A stretch of 32,180 nt of DNA from assembly GCA_031257735.1 (NCBI GenBank), contig JAIROC010000212.1, positions 1-32,180 of the forward strand, in the 5' to 3' direction. Of this stretch, positions 31,551-32,180 are shown piece after piece (the stretch's first letter is position 1; the number at the start of each line of letters is the position of its first letter). The translations under genes were made by a program, and so were the position numbers. A model generated the notes under the pieces. The model was not told the DNA's origin, made no database searches, and saw only the letters and a list, made by a program, of their open reading frames with translations. Source of the stretch: Bacteroidales bacterium. GTDB taxonomy: Bacteria; Bacteroidota; Bacteroidia; Bacteroidales; WCHB1-69.

Positions 31551-31748
31551 CCATAAATCATTAGCACAGGGCAACACGCCCTGTGGAATGGATGATACCC
31601 ATCCCTCTCCAGCCCTGAAAGGGCGTAATCCATTTTTTTCAAATATCATTTCATCATATAATTGATTACGCCCTTTTAGGGCTTAGTTTTTAGGGATTTA
31701 CGTTACACAGGGCGTTACCCTGTGCTAATGATTTCGGGCTTTCAGCCC
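31542..31748. repeat. 207-bp imperfect palindrome with a 33-nt A/T-rich centre
   Basis: The outer arms are GGCTGAAAGCCATAAATCATTAGCACAGGGCAACACGCCCTGTG (31542-31585) and CACAGGGCGTTACCCTGTGCTAATGATTTCGGGCTTTCAGCCC (31706-31748). The inner arms are AGCCCTGAAAGGGCGTAATC (31611-31630) and GATTACGCCCTTTTAGGGCT (31664-31683). Confidence 0.85.
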
Positions 31749-31749
31749 T

Positions 31750-31875
31750 CCGTTGCCTTCATTCGGACGAGGTTCTACCTCGTCCGAATTATCCTTGCAG
31801 GTTCTACCTGCTCAGTTGCCTTCGTTCGGACGAGGTTCTACCTCATTCGGATTATCCTTGCAGGTTCTACCTGCT
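31750..31875 (+). repeat. 63-nt unit in tandem x2, each unit with two hairpins sharing the core AGGTTCTACCT
   Basis: The units are 31750-31812 and 31813-31875, with a single unit at 31183-31245. Each has hairpin 1, CGGACGAGG-TTCTA-CCTCGTCCG, and hairpin 2, GCAGG-TTCTA-CCTGC. Confidence 0.9.
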
Positions 31876-32180
31876 CCGTTGCCCGTAGGGCGTCCATATC
31901 AATAGAAAACAGCATCTTCTTTTTCTACAACCCCGTTAGTAGTTGCATTCTTACGACATTTATTCCCGAATGAAAAACGTTTTTTATTGATATGTAAGCC
32001 TATACGGGCAACAAAAAAACATTTCACCGCAGAAAACATTTTCCATCCGTTACCGAATAGCGTATGGATGCAACTTCGTATGCTTCAGCTTATAGAGCAG
32101 GCATAGCCTGCTTGGATAGAGTGGACGAGGTAGAACCTCGTCCGAACGAAGAGCCAAGACTTCCTGACGATGGCTGAAAG
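31813..32180 (+). repeat. Copy 2 of the 368-bp direct repeat, truncated by the window edge
   Basis: See copy 1. Identity continues to the last base of the window, so the true extent is unknown. Confidence 0.9.

Noticed and set aside
31534-31556. Hammerhead-ribozyme-like core (CUGACGA - stem UGGC/GCCA - ...AAA)
   Set aside because: The segment after the stem reads UAAA rather than the required GAAA (the catalytic G12 is missing). No stems I or III with a cleavage-site triplet could be drawn.
31455-31973. ORFs 31455-31649 (-), 31460-31642 (-) and 31722-31973 (+) as genes
   Set aside because: They are translations of hairpin repeats (e.g. the VRTRFYL.RIILAGSTCSVA repeat from the 63-nt unit). 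They overlap in two frames and have no promoter or RBS context.
1-32180. tRNA, rRNA, tmRNA, RNase P or SRP RNA genes
   Set aside because: None of the conserved cores I looked for by eye were present (GTTCGAATCC-type T-loops, GAGGAAAGTCC, tmRNA ends). This needs confirmation with tRNAscan-SE or Infernal.

Overview
This is a low-GC chromosomal segment that looks like Bacteroidota, probably Bacteroidales. The evidence is TAnnTTTG -7 promoter motifs upstream of most genes, a T9SS C-terminal sorting domain, a CarboxypepD_reg-type TonB-dependent receptor and an AAA-ATPase/PD-(D/E)XK paralog. I recognise 12 intact CDS, one 3' gene fragment at the left edge and one in-frame cupin remnant.

The genes, in order:
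- 403-10572: a 10.2-kb gene for a 3389-aa secreted beta-helix/CARDB-like surface protein built from four tandem modules of about 560 aa
- a DUF2807/GIN-domain protein
- an SDR oxidoreductase
- a TonB-dependent receptor preceded by a small His-rich two-TM protein
- a SWIM + SNF2 helicase
- a Dpm1-like GT2
- a POT peptide transporter
- an AAA-ATPase/PDDEXK protein
- polA, followed tightly by a GT4 glycosyltransferase and a Wzx-like flippase

I saw no CRISPR array, tRNA, rRNA, transposase, integrase, reverse transcriptase or recognisable multi-gene defence operon.

The unusual content is non-coding:
1. A modular family of hairpin repeats, visibly more GC-rich than the surrounding intergenic DNA, sits at gene 3' ends and fills convergent intergenic regions (92-185, 11151-11364, 16624-16705, 20395-20886).
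2. A 41-bp-phased array of six TGCGT-NN-ACGCA palindromes lies downstream of the giant gene.
3. A 630-bp-period, near-identical direct repeat full of nested hairpins runs off the right edge.

The giant gene also has a G8 tract. A +1 or -1 slip there would immediately truncate the protein upstream of its secretion signal.

All protein calls rest on motif recognition by eye. No database search was run.
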